NCBI GenBank assembly: GCA_905211645.1
Contig: CAJMBK010000007.1
Location: forward strand, 159 to 64,158
Source: an uncultured Bacillales bacterium
Lineage (GTDB): Bacteria > Bacillota_I > Bacilli_A > RFN20 > CAG-288
DNA: 64,000 bases
Direction: 5' to 3'
The notes under the pieces are model-generated. The model made no database searches, was not told the DNA's origin, and saw only the letters and a program-made list of their open reading frames with translations. Positions 16,831 to 32,111 of this stretch are shown here, in pieces. Position 1 is the first letter of the stretch, and each line of letters begins with the position of its first letter. The position numbers were made by a program, and so were the translations under genes.

Positions 16831-19800
16831 ATGGCAGAAAATAAATTAGATTTAAGCACAATTAAAGTTGTTGATGGCAGATATAATTTTTCCAAGATCG
16901 ATGCAATTGAACTTCCAAACTTATGCAAGATTCAAATCGATTCTTTCAAGAAGTTCAGAGAGCAAGGTATCATCGATGTTTTCAAGGATTTCTTCCCAAT
17001 TAACAACACTGATCCTAAGGTTAAGATTGATAAGAGTATCGATGAGTTAGTCGAGCTCGATTTTTTGAATTGTTCATGGGATGAACCTAAGAATTCCATC
17101 GAAACCTGCAAATCATCAGGTTTAACCTATTCATCTGCATTACACGCAACATTACAACTTAAAAAACCTGGCGGTGAAATCACCGAAGGTCAAATTTATA
17201 TGGGTGATTACCCAGTTATGACTCCAACCGGCACCTTCATTATCAACGGTACCGAAAGAGTTATTGTCAGCCAAATTGTCAGATCTCCAGGCGCATACAT
17301 CGCCAAAGTTCTACAAGATAAAACCGGTGATTACGCTTACGAAGCTGATATTATCCCTGCTAGAGGTACCTGGCTTGAATTTTTAACCGATCCTAAGAAC
17401 GGTTTAACCTGCCGTATCGACAAGCAGAAGAAAGTTCCAAGTTTAACAATGCTCAGAGCAATCGGTTTAACTTCCGATAGCCAAATTCGTGAGATGTTCG
17501 GTTCCGATATCGCAGCTCTCAACGATACTTTGGAAAAATATCCTGCATTCGATCCAAACGGTAAACCAGAACTTAAAGATCATAACTTTATTCAAAAGAA
17601 AGCTATCGCTGATATTTTCAATAAGTTACGTCCAGGTGAACCTACAAACCCAGATAACCAACTTCAAAATCTCCAACAGAGATTCTTCGATCACAGACAT
17701 TACGATTTAGGTAATGCTGGTCGTTATAAACTCAAAGACAAATTGGGTATCTACAACAGATTAGCTAACCGTATTTTAGCTGAAGACTTAATTGACAGCG
17801 AAGGTGAGTTAATCTATGAAAAAGGTGAGCTTTTAACAAAAGAAATTGTTGCTAAACTCAAGAAGGATAAATTCTTCGAACAAGGTGCAATGGCTTACCA
17901 TTTCAACAACAATCCTCAATTGGATGAATACAATACCGTCAACCGTGTCCAAGTCTATCTTAATGAAAAGATGGATAAGGTCATCAATGTTATCGGTACT
18001 GATTTAAATATTGAAGCACCAAATATCACACAACCTGATATTGTTGCTTTATTCTCATACTTTTTGAATGTTATCGAAGGTTTAGGTGATACTGATGATA
18101 TCGACCACTTAGGTAACAGACGTGTCAAATGTGTTGGTGAACTCATTCAAAATTACTTCCGTCAAGGTTTAACAAGAATGGAGAAAAATGTCAGAGAAAA
18201 GATGACATCACAAGATATCGTCAACCTCTCTGTTTCCAACATCATGAACATTAAACCTTTGAACAGTGTCGTTCGTGATTTCTTCTCACAATCACAACTT
18301 TCACAAATTATCGACCAAACCAACCCTCTTGCTGAACTTGCAAACAAGAGAAGAATTTCAGCTTTAGGTCCTGGTGGTATTCAAAGAGACAGAGCTTCCA
18401 TGGAAGTCCGTGACGTTCACTTCACTCACTACGGTAGAATTTGTCCTATCGAAACACCTGAAGGTCAAAACATCGGTTTAATTTCAAACTTAGCATGTTA
18501 CGCTGAAGTCAATGATCATGGTTTCATCGAAACTCCTTACAGAAGAGTTGATACCAAAACTCATTGCTTAACAGATATTATCGACAAACTTTCTGCTGCT
18601 GCAGAAAAGAACCATAAGATCGCCCAAGCAAACGTTAAAGTTGACCCAGTCACACGTAAGCTTTTAGGTGATAAAGTCGTCTGCCGTTTCAACGGTGAAA
18701 ACGTTTTAGTTCCAGTTGAAGAAGTCGATTACATCGACGTCTCTCCTAAACAGATCGTTTCCATCGCTACCGCTTGTATTCCATTCCTTGAAAACGATGA
18801 CATCCACAGAGCTATGATGGGTGCTAACATGCAACGTCAAGCTTTGTCACTTTTAAGACCACATGCTCCTTATGTTGGTACCGGTATGGAAACAAGAATC
18901 GCTAAAGACTCCGGTTGCGGTGTTTTAGCAGATTGCAACGGTACAGTTAAGTATGTAGATGCATTCGAAATTGTTGTTTTAGATGACAGCAATAAAGAAC
19001 ATGTTTACAAACTTAGAAAGTTCGAAAGAGCTAACCAAGGTACATGTATCAATCAATCTCCTATCGTCAAGGTTGGCGATAGAGTCACTGAAGGTCAAGT
19101 TATCGCTGATGGTCCAGCAATGGAAAACGGTGAACTTGCATTAGGTCAAAACGTTTTGATTGCCTTCATGAACTGGCATGGTTACAACTATGAAGACGCT
19201 GTTATCATGTCCGAAAGATTAGTTAAAGAAGATATCTACACTTCTATCCACATCGAAGAATATGTCGTTGATAGAAGAAAGACCAAACTTGGCGAAGAAA
19301 CCTTCACCAGAGACGTTCCAAACATCTCTGAAGACGCCAAGACTTATCTTGATGATAACGGTATCATCATTCCTGGTGCCGAAGTCAAAGAAGGTGGTAT
19401 CTTAGTTGGTAAGACAACCCCTAGAGGTGAAACCCAACAAAGTTCCGTTGACAAATTGCTCAACGCTATCTTCTCAGATAAGAATAAAGAAGGTAAAGAT
19501 TCATCACTTAGAATCCCACACGGCGGTGCCGGTATCGTTTTAGCCGTCAAGAAATTCTCCCGTGCAAATAAAGACGAATTACAAGCAGGTGTCTTGGAAA
19601 CTGTCAAGGTTTACGTTGCTCAAAAACGTAAGATCTCCGAAGGTGACAAGATGTCCGGTCGTCACGGTAACAAAGGTGTTATCTCTAAGATTATGCCAGT
19701 TGAAGATATGCCATATTTATCCGATGGTACACCTATTGATATCTTATTATCACCTTTAGGTGTCCCTTCCCGTATGAATATCGGTCAGATCTTGGAAGTT

Positions 19801-20499
19801 CACTTAGGTTTAGCTTGTAAGAAGCTCAACATCAAAGTTGCAACTCCTGTCTTCGATGGTGTTTCTAACGATGAATTAACTCAAATTATGGATATGGCAG
19901 GCATCTCCAAAGATGGTAAGTCTGTCTTGTACGATGGAATCACTGGTGAAAGATTCGACAACAGAATCAACGTCGGTGTCATGTACATGATTAAACTTGT
20001 CCACATGGTCGATGATAAACTCCATGCCCGTTCAATCGGACCATACTCACTCGTTACACAACAACCTTTGGGTGGTAAAGCTCAAAACGGTGGTCAACGT
20101 TTCGGTGAAATGGAAGTTTGGGCTTTGGAAGCTTACGGTGCCGCATACACCTTACAAGAAATGTTAACTATCAAGTCCGATGACATGGTCGGTAGAAACC
20201 GTGCCTACTACGCCATCCTCAAGGGTGATAGAATCCCTAAACCAAATATGCCTGAATCATTCCGTGTTTTGATTAAGGAATTACAAGGTTTAGCAATCAA
20301 CGTTACCTTGAAACAAAACGATGGTACTGAAGTTGATGTTAACACTATCTCTGCTGAAAATGCAAAGCAACAACATGATTATCAACAAAGAATCAAGAAG
20401 ATTTCCCCTGCTAGAAAAGAAGAACAAGAGGAAGAGACTCGTGCTGCTGCTGAAGAAGATGAAGACTTCCATCCTGCATTCAAGGATGATGAAGAATAA
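16831..20499 (+). CDS. rpoB: DNA-directed RNA polymerase beta subunit
   Basis: ATG 16831 follows GGAGCAGAGAGG. The TTG-initiated 5' extension from 16750 lies in the attenuator tail. Conserved blocks include GPGGIQRDRA and HGNKGVISKI. Confidence 0.97.
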   Translation: MAENKLDLSTIKVVDGRYNFSKIDAIELPNLCKIQIDSFKKFREQGIIDVFKDFFPINNTDPKVKIDKSIDELVELDFLNCSWDEPKNSIETCKSSGLTYSSALHATLQLKKPGGEITEGQIYMGDYPVMTPTGTFIINGTERVIVSQIVRSPGAYIAKVLQDKTGDYAYEADIIPARGTWLEFLTDPKNGLTCRIDKQKKVPSLTMLRAIGLTSDSQIREMFGSDIAALNDTLEKYPAFDPNGKPELKDHNFIQKKAIADIFNKLRPGEPTNPDNQLQNLQQRFFDHRHYDLGNAGRYKLKDKLGIYNRLANRILAEDLIDSEGELIYEKGELLTKEIVAKLKKDKFFEQGAMAYHFNNNPQLDEYNTVNRVQVYLNEKMDKVINVIGTDLNIEAPNITQPDIVALFSYFLNVIEGLGDTDDIDHLGNRRVKCVGELIQNYFRQGLTRMEKNVREKMTSQDIVNLSVSNIMNIKPLNSVVRDFFSQSQLSQIIDQTNPLAELANKRRISALGPGGIQRDRASMEVRDVHFTHYGRICPIETPEGQNIGLISNLACYAEVNDHGFIETPYRRVDTKTHCLTDIIDKLSAAAEKNHKIAQANVKVDPVTRKLLGDKVVCRFNGENVLVPVEEVDYIDVSPKQIVSIATACIPFLENDDIHRAMMGANMQRQALSLLRPHAPYVGTGMETRIAKDSGCGVLADCNGTVKYVDAFEIVVLDDSNKEHVYKLRKFERANQGTCINQSPIVKVGDRVTEGQVIADGPAMENGELALGQNVLIAFMNWHGYNYEDAVIMSERLVKEDIYTSIHIEEYVVDRRKTKLGEETFTRDVPNISEDAKTYLDDNGIIIPGAEVKEGGILVGKTTPRGETQQSSVDKLLNAIFSDKNKEGKDSSLRIPHGGAGIVLAVKKFSRANKDELQAGVLETVKVYVAQKRKISEGDKMSGRHGNKGVISKIMPVEDMPYLSDGTPIDILLSPLGVPSRMNIGQILEVHLGLACKKLNIKVATPVFDGVSNDELTQIMDMAGISKDGKSVLYDGITGERFDNRINVGVMYMIKLVHMVDDKLHARSIGPYSLVTQQPLGGKAQNGGQRFGEMEVWALEAYGAAYTLQEMLTIKSDDMVGRNRAYYAILKGDRIPKPNMPESFRVLIKELQGLAINVTLKQNDGTEVDVNTISAENAKQQHDYQQRIKKISPARKEEQEEETRAAAEEDEDFHPAFKDDEE

Positions 20500-20516
20500 T
20501 AAGGAGGAGATAATAA

Positions 20517-24530
<4,014 letters not shown>

Positions 24531-24555
24531 TTAAATAACTAAGTATTGTAACTAC

Positions 24556-24588
24556 AATGGTGATTGATTTCTCAATCACCATTTTTTA
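24556..24588 (+). terminator. rho-independent terminator after rpoC
   Basis: AATGGTGATTGA-tttc-TCAATCACCATT followed by TTTT. Confidence 0.8.
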
Positions 24589-24593
24589 TTGCA

Positions 24594-24633
24594 CAAAAAA
24601 AGATGTTACAAGAATATTGATCATGTAACATCT
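24594..24633 (-). terminator. rho-independent terminator for the minus-strand gene at 24642..25388
   Basis: AGATGTTACA...TGTAACATCT 10-bp stem followed on the minus strand by T7. Confidence 0.7.
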
Positions 24634-24641
24634 AATTAATT

Positions 24642-25388
24642 TTAGTATCCAAATTGAATCTTAACTTCCTTTTGAAGTTTATGAGGGGTTAAGCTGTCTA
24701 ATGCATGTATACCATCTCTTGTAACTAAGTCACAGATTACTGTTCCGTAGTGACTTGCTTCAAAGATATCTTTAGGTTTAATTTCATAACCGTAGATGAA
24801 GCCAGCAAGGAAGATAGAAGAGTAAAGATATAATTCATCATCGTTTTTATCGATAAATAATTTTATGTAATTTTTATCTTCACGAGTGTAGACTGTGATT
24901 TCACCATCAGATTTGAAAATAATGGCAACTGTATCACTAATTTTAGAAACTTGATCTGCCATGTTTGTCTTTAAAACATGCTTGTTTCTGGAGATAATCA
25001 TGGTTCCCTTGGTATTTTTACCAATGGAGATGAAATCGTAATCGGTGGAATGGTAGTTTGCTAAATCGACGTAGACATTTTCGTTAAGTTCTTTGGCAAC
25101 AGCGATAATATCGTAGTTGTAATCCATTGGATTGATGATGACAAATTTGGATCTCTTGATGGCTGCACTGACAACTTCAGTATCCATCTTTTCATCGCAT
25201 TCATAAATTGTAAAGTTATCTAAAGTAGCAAGATATTTTCTTTTTTCTTCGTTCAAAGGTTCGTACTTATTGGAGTGAAATAAGTTAACTTTGTATCCGA
25301 GTTTACTAAAAATTATACCTTTGCATAAGATGTTATCGTTATTTGGGGTTAGAAATTTATCCACACCGATAATAGTGACTTCTTCCAT
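24642..25388 (-). CDS. hypothetical protein, weakly PfkB/ribokinase-like with degenerate catalytic motifs
   Basis: ATG 25388 (MEEVTIIGV) is preferred over the upstream TTG. The N-terminal ...KGIIFSKLGYKVNLF and C-terminal SSIFLAGFIYGY...ASHYGTV resemble PfkB-family blocks. The DxxGAGD anion-hole motif is not present. Confidence 0.3.
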   Translation of the reverse strand: MEEVTIIGVDKFLTPNNDNILCKGIIFSKLGYKVNLFHSNKYEPLNEEKRKYLATLDNFTIYECDEKMDTEVVSAAIKRSKFVIINPMDYNYDIIAVAKELNENVYVDLANYHSTDYDFISIGKNTKGTMIISRNKHVLKTNMADQVSKISDTVAIIFKSDGEITVYTREDKNYIKLFIDKNDDELYLYSSIFLAGFIYGYEIKPKDIFEASHYGTVICDLVTRDGIHALDSLTPHKLQKEVKIQFGY

Positions 25389-25596
25389 AAAAAAACCTCT
25401 ACTCAATAATTTTAACACAATAAAAAATTCAATAAGAGTATTATTAAATAGGATGAGAGAAAATTTGGTAACAAGTTTACAATTTATTTTGAATTGTTAC
25501 AGACAGTGTAGTTATTCTAATTTCTAACATTCCTAATGTCATAACTAATTCATTTGATAATATACCCAAAATAATTAGTTAATTTTATTGCTTAAA

Positions 25597-25625
25597 TTGT
25601 TTCAGTCAACTTAATTAGTTATAAT
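25597..25625 (+). promoter_or_regulatory. candidate sigma-A promoter
   Basis: TTGTTT - 17 nt - TATAAT, about 90 nt upstream of the ATG at 25717. Confidence 0.4.
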
Positions 25626-25716
25626 CAAAACAGTAACTCTCCGAGTGGAAAGAGGCAAATAAAATGGTAATTATCTCTTCTTTTTAAATAATTTGTTTTA
25701 AAAAGGAGGAATAATA

Positions 25717-26646
25717 ATGACTAAAACTCAAAAATTGCGCAATTCTATTTCACTGAATCTACTACCACTAATTATTTTTGCAGTTCTATCCAATTACTTA
25801 GTGTATGACTATAAAAGAAGTGCCATCAGCTTTTTGGATACTGCCACTTTTATTGACCAGGTTGAATATCCTTACCTTATTGTAGGTATCGTTTCATATA
25901 TTTTAGTAATCGGTTTTTATTGGATTTATTCATATAAAATCGAATCGATAAACAAGGATTTAGTTTTGAAAGCTTACAATTTATTTATCATTATCTTTTC
26001 GATAAAAATGATGTATGAGCTGATTTCCTATGTAACATATATTAAACTTGTGGATCCATTTATGATCACAATCCTCGTTTTTATCAATGCAGCTAATATT
26101 ATCAATCTAATTCTGATGTACTTTTATAAAAAAGATAAAAAGTTGGATTGGAGCAAAAAAGAAACAATATTTTTATTTTTAATTGTTTTCTATGACTTAT
26201 TTTCATATCTAACATACAGAGTTCCAATTCTAGCGACTGAATATTATGGTGCTACTCTTGATGCTGAGTCATATATGATTTTGTTTTACACATTGCATTT
26301 AGCAATATTATTAACTCTTTTAATCATCTTAATATATATCTTCGCTTCAAAAAAGTTTTCTTTAAACTATAAAATTGTCTACAATTCGATTTTATTGTCA
26401 ATTTTAGCTTTTAATTATCACTACGTAGTGGTAGCAACTGGTGGCGGTGATACCGGAAAACTTTACAGTGATTTGTGGACTTATTTCTTTTTGATGTTTA
26501 TTCCTGATTTTTCACTTTATTTCACTTTGATTCCTATTTCACTTGTAATTGTGAATGTCGTCTTTTTAGGAATTTGTGAAGCAAGAAAGTATAAGGAACT
26601 TAAAAAACTAGACTTAGATAATAATAACGTGACTTCATCTGAGTAA
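25717..26646 (+). CDS. polytopic membrane protein, unknown function
   Basis: SD AAGGAGG upstream. 309 aa with about 8 hydrophobic segments. No motif recognised. Confidence 0.6.
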   Translation: MTKTQKLRNSISLNLLPLIIFAVLSNYLVYDYKRSAISFLDTATFIDQVEYPYLIVGIVSYILVIGFYWIYSYKIESINKDLVLKAYNLFIIIFSIKMMYELISYVTYIKLVDPFMITILVFINAANIINLILMYFYKKDKKLDWSKKETIFLFLIVFYDLFSYLTYRVPILATEYYGATLDAESYMILFYTLHLAILLTLLIILIYIFASKKFSLNYKIVYNSILLSILAFNYHYVVVATGGGDTGKLYSDLWTYFFLMFIPDFSLYFTLIPISLVIVNVVFLGICEARKYKELKKLDLDNNNVTSSE

Positions 26647-26806
26647 TTCAATACCAAAACGATATTAAAAACACATTAAAATACACGGGAAATAACGCTT
26701 AAATTTTCATTAAAATTGTAATTAAAATAGTTTTTTTGCATAATAAATTGAGAGTTTTTGATAACTCTAAGTTTTTTATATCTTAAAAACTAATAGGAGG
26801 TTTTTC

Positions 26807-29521
26807 ATGGACTATAACAATGGTCAAAAGAATGAAAATAACAAGCCAAATCCTCAGCAACCACGTAAAAAATACACTAGTTTATTAGTTGGTATTTTCA
26901 TATTTGCCGCATTAATTGGACTTATTATCTATTTCCTTGTTAGAAACAGCAACAATAGCTTTGCTGGTTCTTACGGTGCTGGTGAGTTCGTTCATACTCA
27001 ACAAGCTGATCCAGAAAATCCAGATAAGGAACAGACAGTCTACTCCGGTAAAATTGTTGAGCTTTTAATGGATGATACTCCAGAAAGCCAACCAACATAT
27101 GGTGAAGTCAAACAGTTAACTGGTGCATTATCCACTGATAAAGCTTATTATTATTTCAACGCTACCGTTGCTACTAAGGTTACTGATTCCAAGGGAACAA
27201 CAAGATATGTTGATTACAAGTATGAATTCCAAATCGATGCAAATACCGATTATCCATACTTTATCAATTTCTTGTCAACTCAAGCTACACAGGCTCAAAA
27301 AGTTTTTGTATTGACAATTCCCCAGACAAACAATAACTCTTGGATTTCTTCGCTCATCTTCTTTGCAATTATCATTGTACTTGGATGGTTCTTATTCAGA
27401 AATTTATCCAAAAACATGAATTCAATGATGGGTGGACAAGGTGGAATCTTCTCCGCCGGTCAATCCAGAGCCAAGAAAGCTACATCAAGTAAAGTTAAAT
27501 TTACTGATGTCGCAGGTTGTGATGAAGTTAAACAAGAATTAGTTGAAATCGTCGACTACTTCACTAATAGCAAGAAATACACAGCTTTAGGTGCTAAATT
27601 ACCTAAAGGTGTCCTTTTAGTTGGTCCTCCAGGAACAGGTAAGACTTTACTTGCAAAAGCAGTTGCAGGTGAAGCAAATGTTCCTTTTTATTCCATCTCC
27701 GGTTCCGACTTCGTTGAAATGTACGTCGGTGTCGGTGCTAGCCGTGTCAGAGACATGTTCAAGACTGCAAAGGAGAATTCTCCTTGCTTAATCTTCATCG
27801 ATGAAATCGATGCTGTCGGTAGACAAAGAGGTGCAGGTCTTGGTGGCGGTAACGATGAAAGAGAGCAAACATTGAACCAATTGTTAGTTGAAATGGATGG
27901 TTTCGATGAGAATTCAGGTGTTATCATCATGGCTGCAACTAACAGACAAGACGTCTTGGATCCTGCTTTATTACGTCCAGGTCGTTTCGACAGAGTCATC
28001 ACAGTTGACTACCCAGACAAGGAAGGTCGTGAACAGATTCTTAAAGTTCACTCCAGAGACAAGAAACTTGCTAAGGATGTCGACTTTGATAGTATCGCTA
28101 AGAATACAGTCGGTTTTGCTGGTGCTGATTTAGCAAACGTCATGAACGAAGCTGCTATCTTGGCTGTTAGAGCAAACAGAACTGTTATCACAAACAAAGA
28201 TATCGATGAAGCTATCGATAGAAGAATCGCTGGTCCTGCTAAATCTAACAAGCATTTGGCAGAGAAAGAACGTTGGCAAGTTGCTTACCATGAATCCGGT
28301 CACGCCATCATCGGATTGAAACTTGAACATTCCAATAAGGTTCAAAAGATTACCATTGTCCCTAGAGGCAGAACAGGTGGTCACGTCTTAATGACTCCTG
28401 AAAACGATAGATTCTTAGTGACTGAAAAAGAATTACTTGCTGAAATCACTGGTTTCTTAGGTGGTAGATCCTCAGAAGAAGTCTTTATCGGTGACGTTTC
28501 AACCGGTGCTAGTAACGATTTCCAACAAGCTACCAACTTAGCTCGTGATATGGTTACTAGATACGGTATGAGTAAACTCGGTTGTGTCCAATACGACCAA
28601 TCCGAAGGTAATGTCTTCTTAGGTAGAGATTACGGTAACGTTCAAAGAAATTACTCTGATAAAGTCGCAATGGAAATTGATGCTGAAGTCAGAAGAATCA
28701 TCGATGAATGCCACGCAGAAGCTATCAGAATCATCACTGAAAACAGAGAAGATGTTGAACTCCTTGCTAAGACTGTTTACGAATACGAAACAATTAACGC
28801 AAGTCAAATCGCTTATCTCTTAGAGCATAGACATATGCCTCCAGTTGATGAGCATCTCTCTTCAGAAAAGACTAAGTTTGATAACTATCAACCAGAGAAT
28901 AAGAATAACATTGAACTTGTTAAGAACAATGTTATGAATAAGATTTATCACGATGTTGATGTCTCATTTGCAAACAATCCTTCAAGCATCTTGCTTGTCG
29001 CTAGTAACAAGTCTGCAGCTCCATTAACAGTTGAAGAGATGAAGACTAACGCCAAGAATTTAGGTGTCAAAGGTAAGACTGCTGCAATCTTCTTAACTTT
29101 GGATGAAGTTTACCATCTTGGTATGACTATCGAAGAATTAGTTAGCCACTTAAAGAGCTATTCTTCACTTGAATGCTTTGTCATTTACGGTGATGAAACT
29201 AGTGTCATCGCTTTGAAGAACAAGTTCAATAAACCTAAAGCAACAAGTTCTTCCGATACTGGTTCTAACAGTTCAAATGTTACTTCCAACTCCGCTTTCT
29301 ACAAAGAGAATAAACCAAATTTGGATGATTTAGGCTTTGTTAGAAATCCTAAAAAGGAAGAAACAACTGAGGATACTACTGAATCTGAAGAAAAGAATGA
29401 AACTGAAACAACTTCTGAAGTAACTGAAGTTAAAGAAGTTGAAAATCCTAAAGCTGAGGATGAAGAAGTAAAACCTGAAGATAAACCTTCAGAAAATGAT
29501 GAAAATTCATCAAATAAGTAA
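26807..29521 (+). CDS. ftsH: ATP-dependent zinc metalloprotease FtsH with enlarged extracytoplasmic loop and a C-terminal extension of about 230 aa
   Basis: SD AGGAGG upstream. Two TM helices, Walker A GPPGTGKT, Walker [13 protein letters not shown] region [20 protein letters not shown], and zinc site HESGHA. Confidence 0.96.
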   Translation: MDYNNGQKNENNKPNPQQPRKKYTSLLVGIFIFAALIGLIIYFLVRNSNNSFAGSYGAGEFVHTQQADPENPDKEQTVYSGKIVELLMDDTPESQPTYGEVKQLTGALSTDKAYYYFNATVATKVTDSKGTTRYVDYKYEFQIDANTDYPYFINFLSTQATQAQKVFVLTIPQTNNNSWISSLIFFAIIIVLGWFLFRNLSKNMNSMMGGQGGIFSAGQSRAKKATSSKVKFTDVAGCDEVKQELVEIVDYFTNSKKYTALGAKLPKGVLLVGPPGTGKTLLAKAVAGEANVPFYSISGSDFVEMYVGVGASRVRDMFKTAKENSPCLIFIDEIDAVGRQRGAGLGGGNDEREQTLNQLLVEMDGFDENSGVIIMAATNRQDVLDPALLRPGRFDRVITVDYPDKEGREQILKVHSRDKKLAKDVDFDSIAKNTVGFAGADLANVMNEAAILAVRANRTVITNKDIDEAIDRRIAGPAKSNKHLAEKERWQVAYHESGHAIIGLKLEHSNKVQKITIVPRGRTGGHVLMTPENDRFLVTEKELLAEITGFLGGRSSEEVFIGDVSTGASNDFQQATNLARDMVTRYGMSKLGCVQYDQSEGNVFLGRDYGNVQRNYSDKVAMEIDAEVRRIIDECHAEAIRIITENREDVELLAKTVYEYETINASQIAYLLEHRHMPPVDEHLSSEKTKFDNYQPENKNNIELVKNNVMNKIYHDVDVSFANNPSSILLVASNKSAAPLTVEEMKTNAKNLGVKGKTAAIFLTLDEVYHLGMTIEELVSHLKSYSSLECFVIYGDETSVIALKNKFNKPKATSSSDTGSNSSNVTSNSAFYKENKPNLDDLGFVRNPKKEETTEDTTESEEKNETETTSEVTEVKEVENPKAEDEEVKPEDKPSENDENSSNK

Positions 29522-29530
29522 AAATTAAAT

Positions 29531-29567
29531 AAATCTGCAAGAAATTTTGTGTTCTTGCAGATTTTTT
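29531..29567 (+). terminator. rho-independent terminator after ftsH
   Basis: AAATCTGCAAGAA...TTCTTGCAGATTT 13-bp stem followed by TTT. Confidence 0.8.
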
Positions 29568-29582
29568 AGTATTTTGTTATTG

Positions 29583-30740
29583 ATGAAGGAAATATTTGTT
29601 TGTGAAAATTGTGGAAATACTGATTTAAGATATTTAGGGCAAATAGGGGATAAGTTGTACTGTAGAAGATGTTTAGATTTTGATTACAGACAGGCTAAAG
29701 AAGGTAAAAATATCGATCAAGGTAAGGTGAAATTAACTATCACCTATCCTTTGACTGAAAAGCAGCAGGAAGTTAGTGATTTAGTTGTTTCTTCAATTCA
29801 TGATAAAAGAAATGTTTTGATTCATGCTGTGACTGGCGCTGGTAAAACAGAACTTGTTTTTAATGTAATTTTAGATTCTTTGAAAAAGAATCAACGTGTT
29901 GGGTTTGCTACTCCAAGAAAAGATGTTGTAATCGATCTTTTACCTAGATTTAAGGAAGCATTTAAAGAATTAGATGTCATTGCAGTTTATGGTGATAATA
30001 ATGAAATTTTGGAAGGTGATTTAATTATTTTAACCACACATCAACTGTGCCATTACAAGAAATATTTTGACTTACTTATTATTGATGAGATTGATGCTTT
30101 TCCATTCAAAGGTGATTTTGTTTTGAATTCTTTTTTTGAAAATTCGCTGACTAAGCATGCAAATTATATTCTTTTAACTGCAACTATCGATGAGAAAGAT
30201 AAAAAGGAATTTCTTGCTAAAGGTAATGTAATCGTCTCACTAAATGAAAGGTTTCATAAGAAAGATTTGATAGTTCCTAAGTTTTATTTCACACCAACAT
30301 CGAAGTATATTCAACCGATTGTTCATCTAAAAAGGTTGGTTGAAAATGGAAGAAAAGTTATTGTTTTTGCACCTACAATTGCCTTGTGTTATTCATTCTA
30401 CAAAGTAGCAAAATACTTTGTTAAAAATGGAGAATCCGTTTCTTCGAAAAAGAAAACACGTGCGGAAATTATCGAAAGTTTCAAAAAAGGAGAATTAAGT
30501 TATTTAGTTTCGACATCAATCTTAGAAAGAGGAGTTACTATCAAAGATTTGGATGTAATTTTAATTGATATTGATAATCCAATTTATTCATGGCAAGCTA
30601 TTGTTCAAATTGCAGGCAGAGTTGGCAGAAAACTAAATTCTGAATATGGAGAGGTATTACTTTTTGGTTTTAAAAGGACAAAAGAGGTTGATATAGCAAT
30701 TGAAACAATTAAAAAGCACAATCGAGAGAAGAATATGTAA
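29583..30740 (+). CDS. comFA: ComFA-like DEAD/DEAH-box helicase (competence protein ComFA family)
   Basis: ATG 29583 lies after the ftsH terminator (MKEIFVCENCG...CRRC zinc finger). Walker A TGAGKTE, DEID box, C-terminal helicase motif QIAGRVGR. Confidence 0.8.
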   Translation: MKEIFVCENCGNTDLRYLGQIGDKLYCRRCLDFDYRQAKEGKNIDQGKVKLTITYPLTEKQQEVSDLVVSSIHDKRNVLIHAVTGAGKTELVFNVILDSLKKNQRVGFATPRKDVVIDLLPRFKEAFKELDVIAVYGDNNEILEGDLIILTTHQLCHYKKYFDLLIIDEIDAFPFKGDFVLNSFFENSLTKHANYILLTATIDEKDKKEFLAKGNVIVSLNERFHKKDLIVPKFYFTPTSKYIQPIVHLKRLVENGRKVIVFAPTIALCYSFYKVAKYFVKNGESVSSKKKTRAEIIESFKKGELSYLVSTSILERGVTIKDLDVILIDIDNPIYSWQAIVQIAGRVGRKLNSEYGEVLLFGFKRTKEVDIAIETIKKHNREKNM

Positions 30741-31347
30741 AGTTTGCTGTAATTATTTCACGATTAATCCTCTTTATTACATTTTCAATAAAGAGTTTTT
30801 ACTCTGCCCACAATGCTTAGATATATTTAAAGTAGATTTGACTAAGTTTGAATTTTATAATCACACCTGCTATTACATTTATGATTATCAATATAAGGAA
30901 AGAATCAAAGCACTTCTTCAAAACTATAAGAATAAATACGATTACGAGTTAAAAGATGTTTTTCTTTTTCCGGTTCTGCATATCTTAAAAGTGATGTTTC
31001 ATGGATACAATATTGTTTTCTGTCCAAGTTCAGAAGAAAAAGTCAAAGAACGAGGCTTTAATCACTTAATTTCAATGTTCGATACATTGAATTTGGATAA
31101 AATCGACTGCTTAGTTAAGACAAAAAATGTTGAGCAGAAAGAATCAGATAAGCATAAAAGAGAAGAAATTTATAAATATATTGACTGTAACGATAAGATT
31201 AAAGGTATCACAGGTAAGAAAATTCTTCTTGTCGATGATCTTTTTACAACCGGTTCAACAGTAAAAGCATGCCTGGATGTTTTAGATAAATATCATCCAA
31301 AGAAAATAAAGGTTTTAGTTGTCATGATGAATAAGAATAATTGGTGA
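30700..31347 (+). CDS. comFC: ComFC-like phosphoribosyltransferase-domain protein
   Basis: N-terminal CKVCC...CPQC zinc finger and PRT motif ILLVDDLFTTGST. Overlaps the comFA 3' end. The TTG start is uncertain. TGA stop. Confidence 0.8.
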   Translation: MKQLKSTIERRICKVCCNYFTINPLYYIFNKEFLLCPQCLDIFKVDLTKFEFYNHTCYYIYDYQYKERIKALLQNYKNKYDYELKDVFLFPVLHILKVMFHGYNIVFCPSSEEKVKERGFNHLISMFDTLNLDKIDCLVKTKNVEQKESDKHKREEIYKYIDCNDKIKGITGKKILLVDDLFTTGSTVKACLDVLDKYHPKKIKVLVVMMNKNNW

Positions 31348-31430
31348 CAAATTAGACTATTGTTTAAAATATATATACATTTTATTTAAAAAGTTATAAA
31401 ATGTTTGTAACATATTAAAGGAGATTTTCA

Positions 31431-31991
31431 ATGAAAACTTTGAAGTGTTTAGAAGGATTTGTTCCAAATAAAGCAGATATTTACACTGCTGATGAAATGA
31501 GAGAGATCAATGTTAAGATGCTCGCAGAAAGAGGTGTCACAGTAGAAGATATCGCTGCTTTAAGTTACGCTGCTCAAAGCAAATACATCGATGGTTTAAC
31601 AATGGATGAAATGAGAGAATCAGTTTTGGATATTCTTTCAAAGAGAGATCAATTCCATGCAATCTTGTTAGCAATCAACATCGATATGGCCGCTGAACAA
31701 GGTTTATTGATGGAACCATTACAATCAATTTTGATGCATGATTTAGGTTTATTTGGCTTAGATGAAAGTATTGCAATCGCAATTGCAGGTAACTATGGTC
31801 AAATCGGTGTTACAAACTTCGGTTACTTGGATGTCTCCAAACCTGGTAAAATCAATATCTTACAACGTGATAAGAAACACTGCCACTGCTTCTTAGATGA
31901 TGTCGTTGGTGCATTAGCAGCAGTTAGTGCTATCAGAGTTGCTCAAAATCACGCAGTTAATGACTCAGTCGTTAAAAAAGAAACAAAATAA
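31431..31991 (+). CDS. YutG/PgpA-family protein (phosphatidylglycerophosphatase A-like)
   Basis: SD AAGGAG upstream. LAERGVTVEDIAAL, GLFGLDE, GQIGVTNFGYLD and FLDDVVGALAA align by eye with B. subtilis YutG. Confidence 0.7.
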   Translation: MKTLKCLEGFVPNKADIYTADEMREINVKMLAERGVTVEDIAALSYAAQSKYIDGLTMDEMRESVLDILSKRDQFHAILLAINIDMAAEQGLLMEPLQSILMHDLGLFGLDESIAIAIAGNYGQIGVTNFGYLDVSKPGKINILQRDKKHCHCFLDDVVGALAAVSAIRVAQNHAVNDSVVKKETK

Positions 31992-32015
31992 TTAGTTAAA
32001 TTTGTAATTCACTTA

Positions 32016-32048
32016 AGCAGGTAATTTTAGATAATTATCTGCTTTTTT
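32016..32048 (+). terminator. rho-independent terminator
   Basis: AGCAGGTAATT-ttagat-AATTATCTGCT (one G-U pair) followed by TTTTT. Confidence 0.7.
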
Positions 32049-32111
32049 CTTATTATATATTGGGTGAATATACAAAAAACTTTTTTATAATTAATCAAAG
32101 GAGAGCTTATT

